Source: a virus
Lineage: Duplodnaviria; Caudoviricetes
IMG/VR virus record: IMGVR_UViG_3300049005_000023
Location: 1-55,510 of that record
Length of the DNA stretch: 55,510 nt
Reading direction: 5' to 3' (one strand)
This document shows, one piece after another, positions 46,211-54,377 of the stretch; position 1 is the stretch's first letter, and every line of letters starts with the position of its first letter. The position numbers were made by a program, and so were the translations under genes. Under the pieces are notes generated by a model. The model ran no database searches and was not told the origin of the DNA. It saw only the letters and a program-made list of their open reading frames with translations.

Positions 46211-46410
46211 AAACGCAAAGGCCGGGCAATCCCTGAGGATGCCCGGCAACTATGCGGAACGAGAGCGACGGCTGTACCAGCAGTGCGCACTACCGACGGC
46301 GTGACGTTGCCGGGAGCTACCCGACCAAGCACATCCGCATCTAAGCCTCAACCGGGTCACCGGGATTCCGCAAGCGAACCTGCCCGGATTGGAGTTGCGC
46401 CCTCGACCCG
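46211..46410 (-). ncRNA. Candidate structured ncRNA of about 195 nt
   Basis: Promoter at 46415-46445, intrinsic terminator at 46211-46247, no credible ORF, UUCG hairpin and long-range ATGCGGA/TCCGCAT pairing. Confidence 0.5.
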
Positions 46411-46414
46411 CTCT

Positions 46415-46445
46415 GACTGTAACCCGTCTATACCTTGCGGGTCAA
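46415..46445 (-). promoter_or_regulatory. Promoter TTGACC-N18-TACAGT with degenerate operator
   Basis: Shares 17 bp with the promoter at 34030. Confidence 0.75.
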
Positions 46446-46456
46446 GCGGTTTCGGC

Positions 46457-46651
46457 TCATGGCACGCCGTGCAGCTTCTTGGCTACCGCGAACACCGTTC
46501 CGTCGCCCGCGTTCGGGCTGACAGCGGTAACCACCGAGGCCCACTCCACTGCAGGAATCGTGACCGCGTCGTGGTCCGCAGTCTCGATGGTGACCGCGCC
46601 GTCTTCGCCTCGCGTGAAGTCCCAGCCGTTGGACATGTGGAACGTACTCAT
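46457..46651 (-). CDS. Hypothetical protein
   Basis: ATGA-coupled to the upstream gene. Confidence 0.65.
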   Translation of the reverse strand: MSTFHMSNGWDFTRGEDGAVTIETADHDAVTIPAVEWASVVTAVSPNAGDGTVFAVAKKLHGVP

Positions 46652-47298
46652 CCCGTCTTCCTCCCCACCTCGCGCTTGGCCTGCGCAACCTCGGCATCCG
46701 CCCGGCGTTGCGCCAGCTCGTCGCGGTAGTGCTTGAGCCGGTCCTTGACCTGCTCACCCGTCAGGCTGGACGTCTCGACCCGCTGCGTCGCGTCGCCGCT
46801 CAGCAGGCTGGCCTTGTCCACCAGGATGGCCAGCGCCGTAGCCAGGTGCTTCTTGTCGGCCGGCGACGGCTCGGCCAGCACAACCTCGACCATCCGCAGG
46901 TCCTGCACACCCCTGCCCATACCGACGGTCTTGACTTCCTTCACGACGTGCTGCGCGAAGATCTGCTCAAGGATCCGCTCCGCCCCAGCGCCAAGCTTGG
47001 CCGCCAGCGCGGCCTTGTGCTCCTGCCAGCGCCGCAGCTGGACCTCGGACACCTTCTCGGTGTTTGAGCGCATCTCCTCTGGCGAGGCGTTGGCGGACTC
47101 GAAGATTTGGGGCTCGCCGGCCGCGACGACTTCCGGGTCCAGCAGCCCCTTCTGCCAGCTGTCGTCACGCGCAGTCTTGCTGATCCACGAGGCGGAGACC
47201 CGGTTGTCCAGGAGCTCGGCAATTGTCCGCACGGGATGGCCCTGCGCGAAGAACTGCTGCGCCTTGACCCGGTCCTCCGCGGACACGCGCTTGGTCAT
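46648..47298 (-). CDS. HTH protein, probable terminase small subunit
   Basis: N-terminal HTH (VRTIAELL..VSASWISK...W), helical middle, LAILVDK..LL.G.AT..VE tail. Confidence 0.6.
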   Translation of the reverse strand: MTKRVSAEDRVKAQQFFAQGHPVRTIAELLDNRVSASWISKTARDDSWQKGLLDPEVVAAGEPQIFESANASPEEMRSNTEKVSEVQLRRWQEHKAALAAKLGAGAERILEQIFAQHVVKEVKTVGMGRGVQDLRMVEVVLAEPSPADKKHLATALAILVDKASLLSGDATQRVETSSLTGEQVKDRLKHYRDELAQRRADAEVAQAKREVGRKTG

Positions 47299-47492
47299 GT
47301 CCGCCTCCCGATACGGCTACGTGCACAAGGTTTGGCCACTTGACCACAAGAATTGCACATTTCCTGAACACTTTGTGCGCTTCGGCGGGCCGGGGATCAG
47401 GCGGCCGGTCGCCACCGGGGGGGAAACAACCTCCAGCCTGATCCTCAAACCCGCAACGCTGGGCAGCGCCCGGGCCGGCCACACAGCCAAGG

Positions 47493-47690
47493 CTAGCTCA
47501 TGTCGGGCCGGTACTCCATCCGTACGTCGCTTCCAGCGCCCACGACTTCCATCCGAACTCTGCTCTGGAACCACCACTGCACCGCGGAGCTCTCCGGGGC
47601 CCAAGCCAGCACGGGCCAATACTCCAGTGCTCCTCCAGGAGTCTCAGCCACCACGTACCAGCCCGGCATTGGCAACCATACGTTGCTCAC
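47493..47690 (-). CDS. Hypothetical protein
   Basis: GGAGAGG upstream; P.PGWY, PVLAW. Confidence 0.55.
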   Translation of the reverse strand: MSNVWLPMPGWYVVAETPGGALEYWPVLAWAPESSAVQWWFQSRVRMEVVGAGSDVRMEYRPDMS

Positions 47691-47699
47691 AGCGTGTAA

Positions 47700-47960
47700 T
47701 CCTCTCCGAAACCGAAAGGGGCGATAGGGACACTAGGGGCAAAACTCGGGGGACTTTCTGCATTTTCTCTATAGGGGTTTTTCTTCCGAGTTACTCCCCT
47801 TCTGTCCCTTCCTCCCCTTTCCAAGTTAAACAAGTAAATAAGTACTTAAAATAAGAAAATAGAACAGAGAGTAACCTAATTTGTACTATCTGTAACCGGT
47901 GCTATGTCCTTAAAGTCCTCCCAATTAGGCGGAGTCTTAGTTTTAAGCCCGCAGTAGTAG
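47700..47960. other. AT-rich region at the primase 3' end; candidate replication origin
   Basis: Long A/T tract (47821-47890) flanked by AGGG(G)/CCCT short repeats in a GC-rich genome. Confidence 0.5.
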
Positions 47961-50503
47961 TCGTAGTTTCCAGATTTACGCTCCCACACCCCAACCTCCC
48001 CGCCTATCTCTCTCATCCGCTCGTTAAACGCCCTACGACTCCACTTACTGTGTGTAGCCGTTTTGAAGTGCTCGAACAGTTGAGCGCGCGTAACGCGGTC
48101 TTCATCGGACCCCGTGACGTCGTAGTAATCGGCCAGGAACGAGACCACCGGATCACCCTCCAGCTGCTCCTTCCAGTACTCCTCCGTCGCCGCCCGCACG
48201 CTGTCCGGAACGGCCAGACCCTGCTGTTGCCAGGCCAGGCAGCCGGCCACCGTCCAGGCCAGGACAGCAGCGCCGGACACCGAGGCGTCGATAAGCTCCT
48301 TCTTCACCGTGGGGTCACCCTTGCCCCCCCGTGCCACTGGGAAGGGCACCTCGAGCAGCCGTCGCGCCATTCCGCCCCCGGCGTCCCCGTCCGCAGCTGT
48401 CCGCAGGTTCGCCATGACCACCAGACTGAACGTCGGCTTGAAGTCGAAGTTGCGGCCGTACATCTCCCGGGTGGTCATTGTGTCACCGCCGGTCAAACGC
48501 TTGATCAGGCCTTCATCCCACTGGCGGCCTTTCGGCGGCTCCGGCGACATCACCAGGCGGCGGCCCACCAGCGCGGCCATCGCCGGGTTGGCCTCCTGTG
48601 CGGTCCGCGGGCGCTGTGAGCGCAAGAACATCTCTACGTCCGCGGAGGTGGCGTAGTCGCCGATCGCCGCGGCAAGGGCCTCGGTGAAGGTCGACTTGCC
48701 CGAGCCGCCGTCACCTTGCAGGACAAAGAACTTCTCGTCGGTGTTGACGCCCGGCAGGAAGGATCCGGCCATCCGCTGCAGGAAGGCGCGCTCCGCCGGA
48801 TCCGGGATGGTCGTGGACAGGAAGTACTCCCACCGCTCCGAGTGCGCCGCCGGATCCCATTCGACAGGGGCCAGCCGGGTGATCAGGTCGTCGGGGTTGT
48901 GGGGGCGGAGCTCACCGGTGTGCAAGTCCAGCGTCCCGTTCAGGCAGTTCAGCGACCACAGGTCCGCATCCAGATCGGCTTCGGGGACGACGAGGTAGGC
49001 CCGGCCGATCTCAAGCATCGCGTTGATCCGGGCCCGGTTGCCGGCGTCCTTGGCGCGTTTCAGCAGGCCTTCCAGCTCGCCCTCGGACGCCGAGCCCTCC
49101 CGGAACCGCTCCAGGCGCATCTCGAACAGCGAGCGTGCGGTCTCCACCGCGGCTCGGGTTGCTGCGTCTCCGGCGTCGGGGATCCAGCGCGCACCGGTGT
49201 ACACCAGCCACTGCTTGCGCGCGGGCGCCCAGCGCAGGCGATGACCGTGCTGCTGGACGAACAACCCGGCGTTGGCGATGTCGTCAGCGTGCTGGATACC
49301 ACCCGAACCCACCGCTGAACCGGTCGCCGTGACGGATGCCCCCGCGGCTTCCGCCGCAGCACTCGGATCCAGCGCGGGCTTGACCGCGACAGCGCCGAGT
49401 ACGACGGGCGTCAGGTCCGGGCACGACGCCAGGTCCAGGCCGTCCGGGACGGGAGCGACCAGGATGGATGCCGCCACGTCGCGCAGAGCCTCTACCCACT
49501 TCGCCGTCCAGGCCTTGCCGTCGGTGTCCCCGTCGAAGGCCAGTACGACGTTCTTGCCGCGCAACGGCGCCAGCAGCTGCTCGGTCGGAGCGCCTTTGAC
49601 GCCGGCCGGGACGGATACAACATCCATCTGCGCGGTGATCTCCGGTACGGCGGACGCACACCATGCATCGCCCTCGCCCTCGCAGACCAGGACGGTGTCC
49701 AGCCCGCGCATCCGCCAGATGCCGTAGAGCGCCCCCTTCAGGTCCGAGCCGGACGCAGCGATCAGGTGACCGTACCGTGCGTTGCGGGTCTTGAGTCCGC
49801 GGACCAGCCAGTTGCCTGACTGGGCATCCCAGGACCAGTGCGGGACAAGCACCCGTGAGCCCGTGACGACGCGTGCTTGTGAGGGATAAGCCGTGCTGTC
49901 CGGGTTGGACAGCCCGTGCTGTTCCACCCGGTCAGGCTCGGCGCCGACCTGCCACGAGCTGATCAGGAACTCCGGCGTCAGCCGCCGCCAGCCCGGGTCC
50001 GTTGCGGCCTTGCGCTCGATGAGCTCCTTGATCAGCCGGGGGTCGGCGACCGCCGTACGGATGCCGACCGCGGCGTCTGCGGTGAGGATTGCGGGATCCT
50101 GTTTCGGTGCAGGCTTGAGAACGATCGGCGGCCGGGCGGCCCACGCGTCGTCAGCACGAAACCGCTGCGCCATGACGTGCGCGATCTGGAGCACCTTGCC
50201 GAAGTCGGTCTCACCGGTGAGCCAGCCGAGCAACTCGAACAGGTCACCTTGCCACTTGTCCGGACAGGCCCAGCAGCCGGCGACGCGCTCACCGGTCTCG
50301 GTTTCTCGGACGGTGAACTTGCGCCCGGTGTGCTGGCCGAAGGGGCACACACCCTCGAGCCGGGTGCCGGAGGTGTCCGGCGTCATCTCACCGCCGTACT
50401 GCGCCATCACCCATTCCAGGGGAATCTCGCGCTTCAGGGCTTCTTTGTCGAAGCCGCCGATCGGGACGACGTTCCCCAAGTCGCCCCAACCGAGCGCGCT
50501 CAC
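47876..50503 (-). CDS. Primase-helicase (Zn finger + TOPRIM + D5_N + SF3 helicase, P4 alpha-like)
   Basis: CPF..H...CWAC, VCEGEGD, AFDGD, LNC.NG.LDL.TG, GDGGSGKST, IK.LTGGD. Confidence 0.93.
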   Translation of the reverse strand: MSALGWGDLGNVVPIGGFDKEALKREIPLEWVMAQYGGEMTPDTSGTRLEGVCPFGQHTGRKFTVRETETGERVAGCWACPDKWQGDLFELLGWLTGETDFGKVLQIAHVMAQRFRADDAWAARPPIVLKPAPKQDPAILTADAAVGIRTAVADPRLIKELIERKAATDPGWRRLTPEFLISSWQVGAEPDRVEQHGLSNPDSTAYPSQARVVTGSRVLVPHWSWDAQSGNWLVRGLKTRNARYGHLIAASGSDLKGALYGIWRMRGLDTVLVCEGEGDAWCASAVPEITAQMDVVSVPAGVKGAPTEQLLAPLRGKNVVLAFDGDTDGKAWTAKWVEALRDVAASILVAPVPDGLDLASCPDLTPVVLGAVAVKPALDPSAAAEAAGASVTATGSAVGSGGIQHADDIANAGLFVQQHGHRLRWAPARKQWLVYTGARWIPDAGDAATRAAVETARSLFEMRLERFREGSASEGELEGLLKRAKDAGNRARINAMLEIGRAYLVVPEADLDADLWSLNCLNGTLDLHTGELRPHNPDDLITRLAPVEWDPAAHSERWEYFLSTTIPDPAERAFLQRMAGSFLPGVNTDEKFFVLQGDGGSGKSTFTEALAAAIGDYATSADVEMFLRSQRPRTAQEANPAMAALVGRRLVMSPEPPKGRQWDEGLIKRLTGGDTMTTREMYGRNFDFKPTFSLVVMANLRTAADGDAGGGMARRLLEVPFPVARGGKGDPTVKKELIDASVSGAAVLAWTVAGCLAWQQQGLAVPDSVRAATEEYWKEQLEGDPVVSFLADYYDVTGSDEDRVTRAQLFEHFKTATHSKWSRRAFNERMREIGGEVGVWERKSGNYDYYCGLKTKTPPNWEDFKDIAPVTDSTN

Positions 50504-50694
50504 CCGGCCTCCGACACACCGGCTCGGAGCATCTCCAGCAGCGCGGTGCGGGAGAACCGCACGGCACCGTCGATCCGGAAGTGCGGGATGTGGCCGTCGG
50601 CAACGTAACGGCGCAGAGTACGTTCGCTGATGCGCAGGAGCCGGGCGGCCTCGGGATAGAGCAGGACTTCGTCCTGCGCGGGGGTCTCTGTCAT
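50500..50694 (-). CDS. HTH_17 excisionase-like DNA-binding protein
   Basis: EAA.LL.IS..TL.R....G.IP..RI.G.VRF. Confidence 0.85.
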   Translation of the reverse strand: MTETPAQDEVLLYPEAARLLRISERTLRRYVADGHIPHFRIDGAVRFSRTALLEMLRAGVSEAG

Positions 50695-50733
50695 GGCGCC
50701 CACCTTACGCTAATTGGCCTCTTATGGCCGCTG

Positions 50734-50762
50734 TTGACCCGGTACAAGGAACAGTGTACGGT
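50734..50762 (+). promoter_or_regulatory. Promoter TTGACC-N17-TACGGT starting the + strand arm, divergent from the HTH/primase unit
   Basis: Motif inspection. Confidence 0.75.
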
Positions 50763-50799
50763 TACGGCAGCGTACGGCACACCGGGAGGAAGAGGAAGC

Positions 50800-51477
50800 A
50801 TGGGTACGGACATCCATCTAGCCGTTGAACGGCGAGAACCGGGCGGCTGGGTTCTGCACGCCAGCGAGGACGACGGCTGGTACGCCGACCGCAACTACAA
50901 CGTGTTCGCGATGCTGGCCGGCGTCCGCAACGGCCGAGGCTTTGCGGGGTCGGACATCGGGGATCCCGTCGTACCGGTCGCTGAGCCGCGCGGCATTCCG
51001 TCCGACGCCAGCTTGGACGTCCTGCTGTGGTGGCTGACCTGGCAGGAGCACACCCCCAGCTGGCTGACCGCGCGCGAGCTGGTGGACGTGGACTGGCACG
51101 GGAACAAGATCGTGCACCACGGCTACGTTGACCCGGACAACTTCTGGCGCTTCAACCAGTGGAAGAAGCCACAGGAGTGGTGCGCCGACGTGTCTGGTTT
51201 CGCCATCCAGAAAGTCAGCAACACCGAGATGCTGCGCCGCATCGAGGATCTGGAGATCTGCACTTCCTGGAACCGTCGCGAATATGCGGCGAAGCACAGG
51301 CAGGCGCCAGATATCCGGTCCTTCTGCGAAGGCACGTACACGCAAATCGAGTGGACCACTTCCTGGGCTGAATCCGCAGGCGATTTCCTGCATACGGTAC
51401 TGGCGATGGTCCGCGTGGCCAGCCTCCACAAACTCACCCTGGACGACGTCCGCGCCGTTTTCTTCTTCGACAGCTGA
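50800..51477 (+). CDS. Conserved phage hypothetical protein
   Basis: MG.DIH, RNY..F..LAGVRN, PRG.P.D, H..SW.T..EL, R.VF.FDS. Confidence 0.8.
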   Translation: MGTDIHLAVERREPGGWVLHASEDDGWYADRNYNVFAMLAGVRNGRGFAGSDIGDPVVPVAEPRGIPSDASLDVLLWWLTWQEHTPSWLTARELVDVDWHGNKIVHHGYVDPDNFWRFNQWKKPQEWCADVSGFAIQKVSNTEMLRRIEDLEICTSWNRREYAAKHRQAPDIRSFCEGTYTQIEWTTSWAESAGDFLHTVLAMVRVASLHKLTLDDVRAVFFFDS

Positions 51478-51494
51478 TCAGGAGACCATCCAGC

Positions 51495-52937
51495 ATGACC
51501 AATTACCAGAGCACTAGCTACAACGTCCGCGAAGACCGCCCCGACGGCGCATCGCCGTACGCAACGGCGGAATTCGTCACCACGCAGGACCCAACCGCAC
51601 CCGACCACGTCCTGCGGGTGTCTGCCGCTGGAATAGGGTTCACCCTTGAGGATGTCCGCGGGCTCCAAGCCTTCCTGAACGACCAGTTCGGGCGGAACCG
51701 GGAGCGTGTACTCAGCATCGACGTGGACGACGAAGGTCACGGCTCGATGGTGCTCGCGTCCCGCGACCCCGACGGCTCGGTCACGCTTGAAAAGGACTGG
51801 ACTCTCGCGCCTGGGGACGTTGAGGTTCTGACTACAGCAGGCACGACGTTCACGCGGACAGCTCCGGATACGGCCTGGAACCCGCTTGAGGCAGTTCCGC
51901 CGGTGCAGCCGCGCCAGTGCCCGGTCATCTACAACGGCGTGCAGTGCTCTGAACCCGAAGGCCACCAGGACAGTACGCCGGAGCGACCTGGAACGGTACA
52001 CATGTTCGGTCGTTCCGCCCAAACCGGAGACGGGGCGGTCACGCCCCCAGCCAATCCCCACGTCCAGCCCGTTGCACCGGGCGGGGAGCAGGCTGCCGAG
52101 AGTGCGACTGCTGGGCAAGCAGCAGGAGAAACCACCCCGTCTCCCACCCCCGACGAGCAGCCGTCCAAGAAGCCGACCCGGCGCAAGAAGGAGGAAATCG
52201 CCTACGACCGTGCTCTCGAGGCCTTCCGCGCGCAGCCGAACAGCCAGCTGGAGTACACCGACCTGGTGAAGGCCGCCGAGGCGCTGCGGAAGCGGTTCCC
52301 GGACAACTCGCGGCTGGAAGCTTACGACCGCCACGTCCAGGAGCAGGACATCAAGTGGCTGACTGATCAGCCCTCCGGGCCGAAGCCTGCCGCCCCACCG
52401 CTGCCGGAGGCTGTGGGCACCTCCGACGCCGGCTCTGAGCCGCACTTCGCCCCCGAGCCCGTGGCTGCACAACCCGCACCGTTCCAGCCTCCAGCGCTTT
52501 CGATCCCAGCACCCCAAGACGTCTCCCCCGAAGAGTCTGCCGCCGCGCAGGCCTTCCCCTGCCAGCACATCTCCGACGTCTCCGGCCGTCCCTGCATCCG
52601 CGCCGCCGGCCACGAGCTCACTAACCCGCCGAAGCCCCACATCTACGCGCCGCTCCCGGATGGGCAGTCGCTACCGGTTCCGGCGTTTGTCCCGCCGCTG
52701 CCCCCACAGCCAGAGACCCCGGCCTTGAGCCAGCAGGGCTTCGCTTCATGGCCGGTCGGACAGCCGGTTGTCGACGGCCAGGGTTTCACGCAAGCCCCGA
52801 TTCCGCCGTTCCAGATCCCGCAGCCCACTGCCGAGACGCAGGGCCAGCAACTGCTCAGCTTCCAGGTCCCGCCAACGCCGCAGGGCGCTGAGCTCCAGCC
52901 GCCGGCTCCGGCCGCGCCGCCGTGGGGGCAGCAGTAA
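51495..52937 (+). CDS. Hypothetical Pro/Gln-rich protein with two C..C...GH motifs
   Basis: AGGAG RBS; low complexity. Confidence 0.75.
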   Translation: MTNYQSTSYNVREDRPDGASPYATAEFVTTQDPTAPDHVLRVSAAGIGFTLEDVRGLQAFLNDQFGRNRERVLSIDVDDEGHGSMVLASRDPDGSVTLEKDWTLAPGDVEVLTTAGTTFTRTAPDTAWNPLEAVPPVQPRQCPVIYNGVQCSEPEGHQDSTPERPGTVHMFGRSAQTGDGAVTPPANPHVQPVAPGGEQAAESATAGQAAGETTPSPTPDEQPSKKPTRRKKEEIAYDRALEAFRAQPNSQLEYTDLVKAAEALRKRFPDNSRLEAYDRHVQEQDIKWLTDQPSGPKPAAPPLPEAVGTSDAGSEPHFAPEPVAAQPAPFQPPALSIPAPQDVSPEESAAAQAFPCQHISDVSGRPCIRAAGHELTNPPKPHIYAPLPDGQSLPVPAFVPPLPPQPETPALSQQGFASWPVGQPVVDGQGFTQAPIPPFQIPQPTAETQGQQLLSFQVPPTPQGAELQPPAPAAPPWGQQ

Positions 52938-53116
52938 TGGCCATCGCCGCACAGTCCCGGGTCTATCACGTATCCGACCGCAACCGTGTCCCGCCCCGAA
53001 AGGGCACGGTGCAGCGGGTCTACAGCCGCAACGGGACGCAGGTCGCCGAGGTGCTGTACGACCACAACAGCAAGAAGATCACCAGCCCGATTGCGAACCT
53101 GGTGGAGACGACGTGA
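52937..53116 (+). CDS. Small hypothetical protein
   Basis: TAATG and GTGA coupling. Confidence 0.6.
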   Translation: MAIAAQSRVYHVSDRNRVPPRKGTVQRVYSRNGTQVAEVLYDHNSKKITSPIANLVETT

Positions 53117-54123
53117 CCGTCATGCAGCAGGACGCCCTCGGGTTGTTCGATGGTGTCGGCGGCTGGAACGTCCACGACAAAGAGCTGGGGGTCACCACCC
53201 TGGGTTTGGAAAAGGACGAAGCTGCCGCGAGTACCGCGATCAAGGCCGGGCACAACACGGCATTGGTCGACGTCACGGAGTACGAGCTGTCCCAGCATCA
53301 CCCGTACTCCGGTCTGAAAGCGTCGCCGCCCTGCGGTCCGTGGACCGTAGCGGGCAAGGGTGAGGGTCGAAAGCTCCAGGAAGAGATCCTGTTCCGGCTG
53401 GACGCGCTGCGGGCGCACGACACCTTCATTGCCGGGCCGCCGGACGGCCGTGGCGGCCCAGGGTGGGCCGAAGCCGCGCTGATCCTGGAGCCGGCCCGGA
53501 TCATCCGTCAGGCCATGACCATCGGCAGCCCGTTTCGCTGGATCGTGATGGAGCAAACCCGCGAGTGCCTGCCGGTGTGGCGCAAGTACGCCGAATGGCT
53601 GAAGTGCCAAGGGTACAACGTTGCCGTAGGCATCTTGAACGCCGAGCAGTACGGCGTACCTCAGACGCGCCGGCGCGCGGTGCTGATCGCCAGCCTGGAC
53701 GGGCAGGTGTCTCTGCCGACGCCGACGCACACCCGCTACCACACGGGCTACGTGAAGGTAACGGGCATGCCCCCCACCGATCCTGGCTGTCTGCCTTGGG
53801 TGACCATGGCACAAGCTCTGGGCATCAAGGTCCCGGCCCCTGGCGCAGGCCTGCGGAGCAACTACGGCACCGGAGGAGACGCGGCGAAGCGTGGTTTCCG
53901 GAGGATGTACCACCCGGCGCCGACGATAACCCGCAAGTACAACCGGAACAAATGGGTGCTGGACGGGCAGGTGCACAGGGCGATGTCGGACGCCGATGCC
54001 GCGGTGCTCCAGACCTTCCCACCGGACTACCCGTGGCAGGGGAGCAAGACCGAAGTTCAACTCCAGATCGGCAACGCCATCCCGCCGCTGCTGGCCCGGA
54101 AGATCCTGGAGCAAGTTCTGTGA
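53113..54123 (+). CDS. C5-cytosine DNA methyltransferase
   Basis: Motif I LFDGVGG, IV SPPC, VI MEQ, VIII YGVPQTRRR, IX LQTFP, X QIGNAIPP. Confidence 0.9.
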   Translation: MTVMQQDALGLFDGVGGWNVHDKELGVTTLGLEKDEAAASTAIKAGHNTALVDVTEYELSQHHPYSGLKASPPCGPWTVAGKGEGRKLQEEILFRLDALRAHDTFIAGPPDGRGGPGWAEAALILEPARIIRQAMTIGSPFRWIVMEQTRECLPVWRKYAEWLKCQGYNVAVGILNAEQYGVPQTRRRAVLIASLDGQVSLPTPTHTRYHTGYVKVTGMPPTDPGCLPWVTMAQALGIKVPAPGAGLRSNYGTGGDAAKRGFRRMYHPAPTITRKYNRNKWVLDGQVHRAMSDADAAVLQTFPPDYPWQGSKTEVQLQIGNAIPPLLARKILEQVL

Positions 54124-54377
54124 CCGCCCTCAGTAACCTCCCCGTCCCCGAAGCCCGCCAGGCCTGCGTAGCGCTCGGCGGCGCCACCAACTGGCCGGCT
54201 GAGGAGTGGGCGATCGGCGTACGCGCGCTGCTCGACGCCGGTACGCCGCAGGAAGCACTCGGCTTGGAAGCGCTGATCCGTCTGACGCTGGCCACACTCC
54301 GGCCGCCGTCCGAGGTGGCCAATCGGATGGTGGACGAATTCCACAAGGCAAAAGCGGCGGCGGCGGTGACAACGTGA
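54120..54377 (+). CDS. Hypothetical protein between the two methyltransferases
   Basis: GTGA coupling at both ends. Confidence 0.6.
   Translation: MTALSNLPVPEARQACVALGGATNWPAEEWAIGVRALLDAGTPQEALGLEALIRLTLATLRPPSEVANRMVDEFHKAKAAAAVTT

Noticed and set aside
50500-50694. Excisionase implying an integration module
   Set aside because: No tyrosine or serine integrase or parAB recognised in the genome; HTH_17 next to the primase is more likely regulatory
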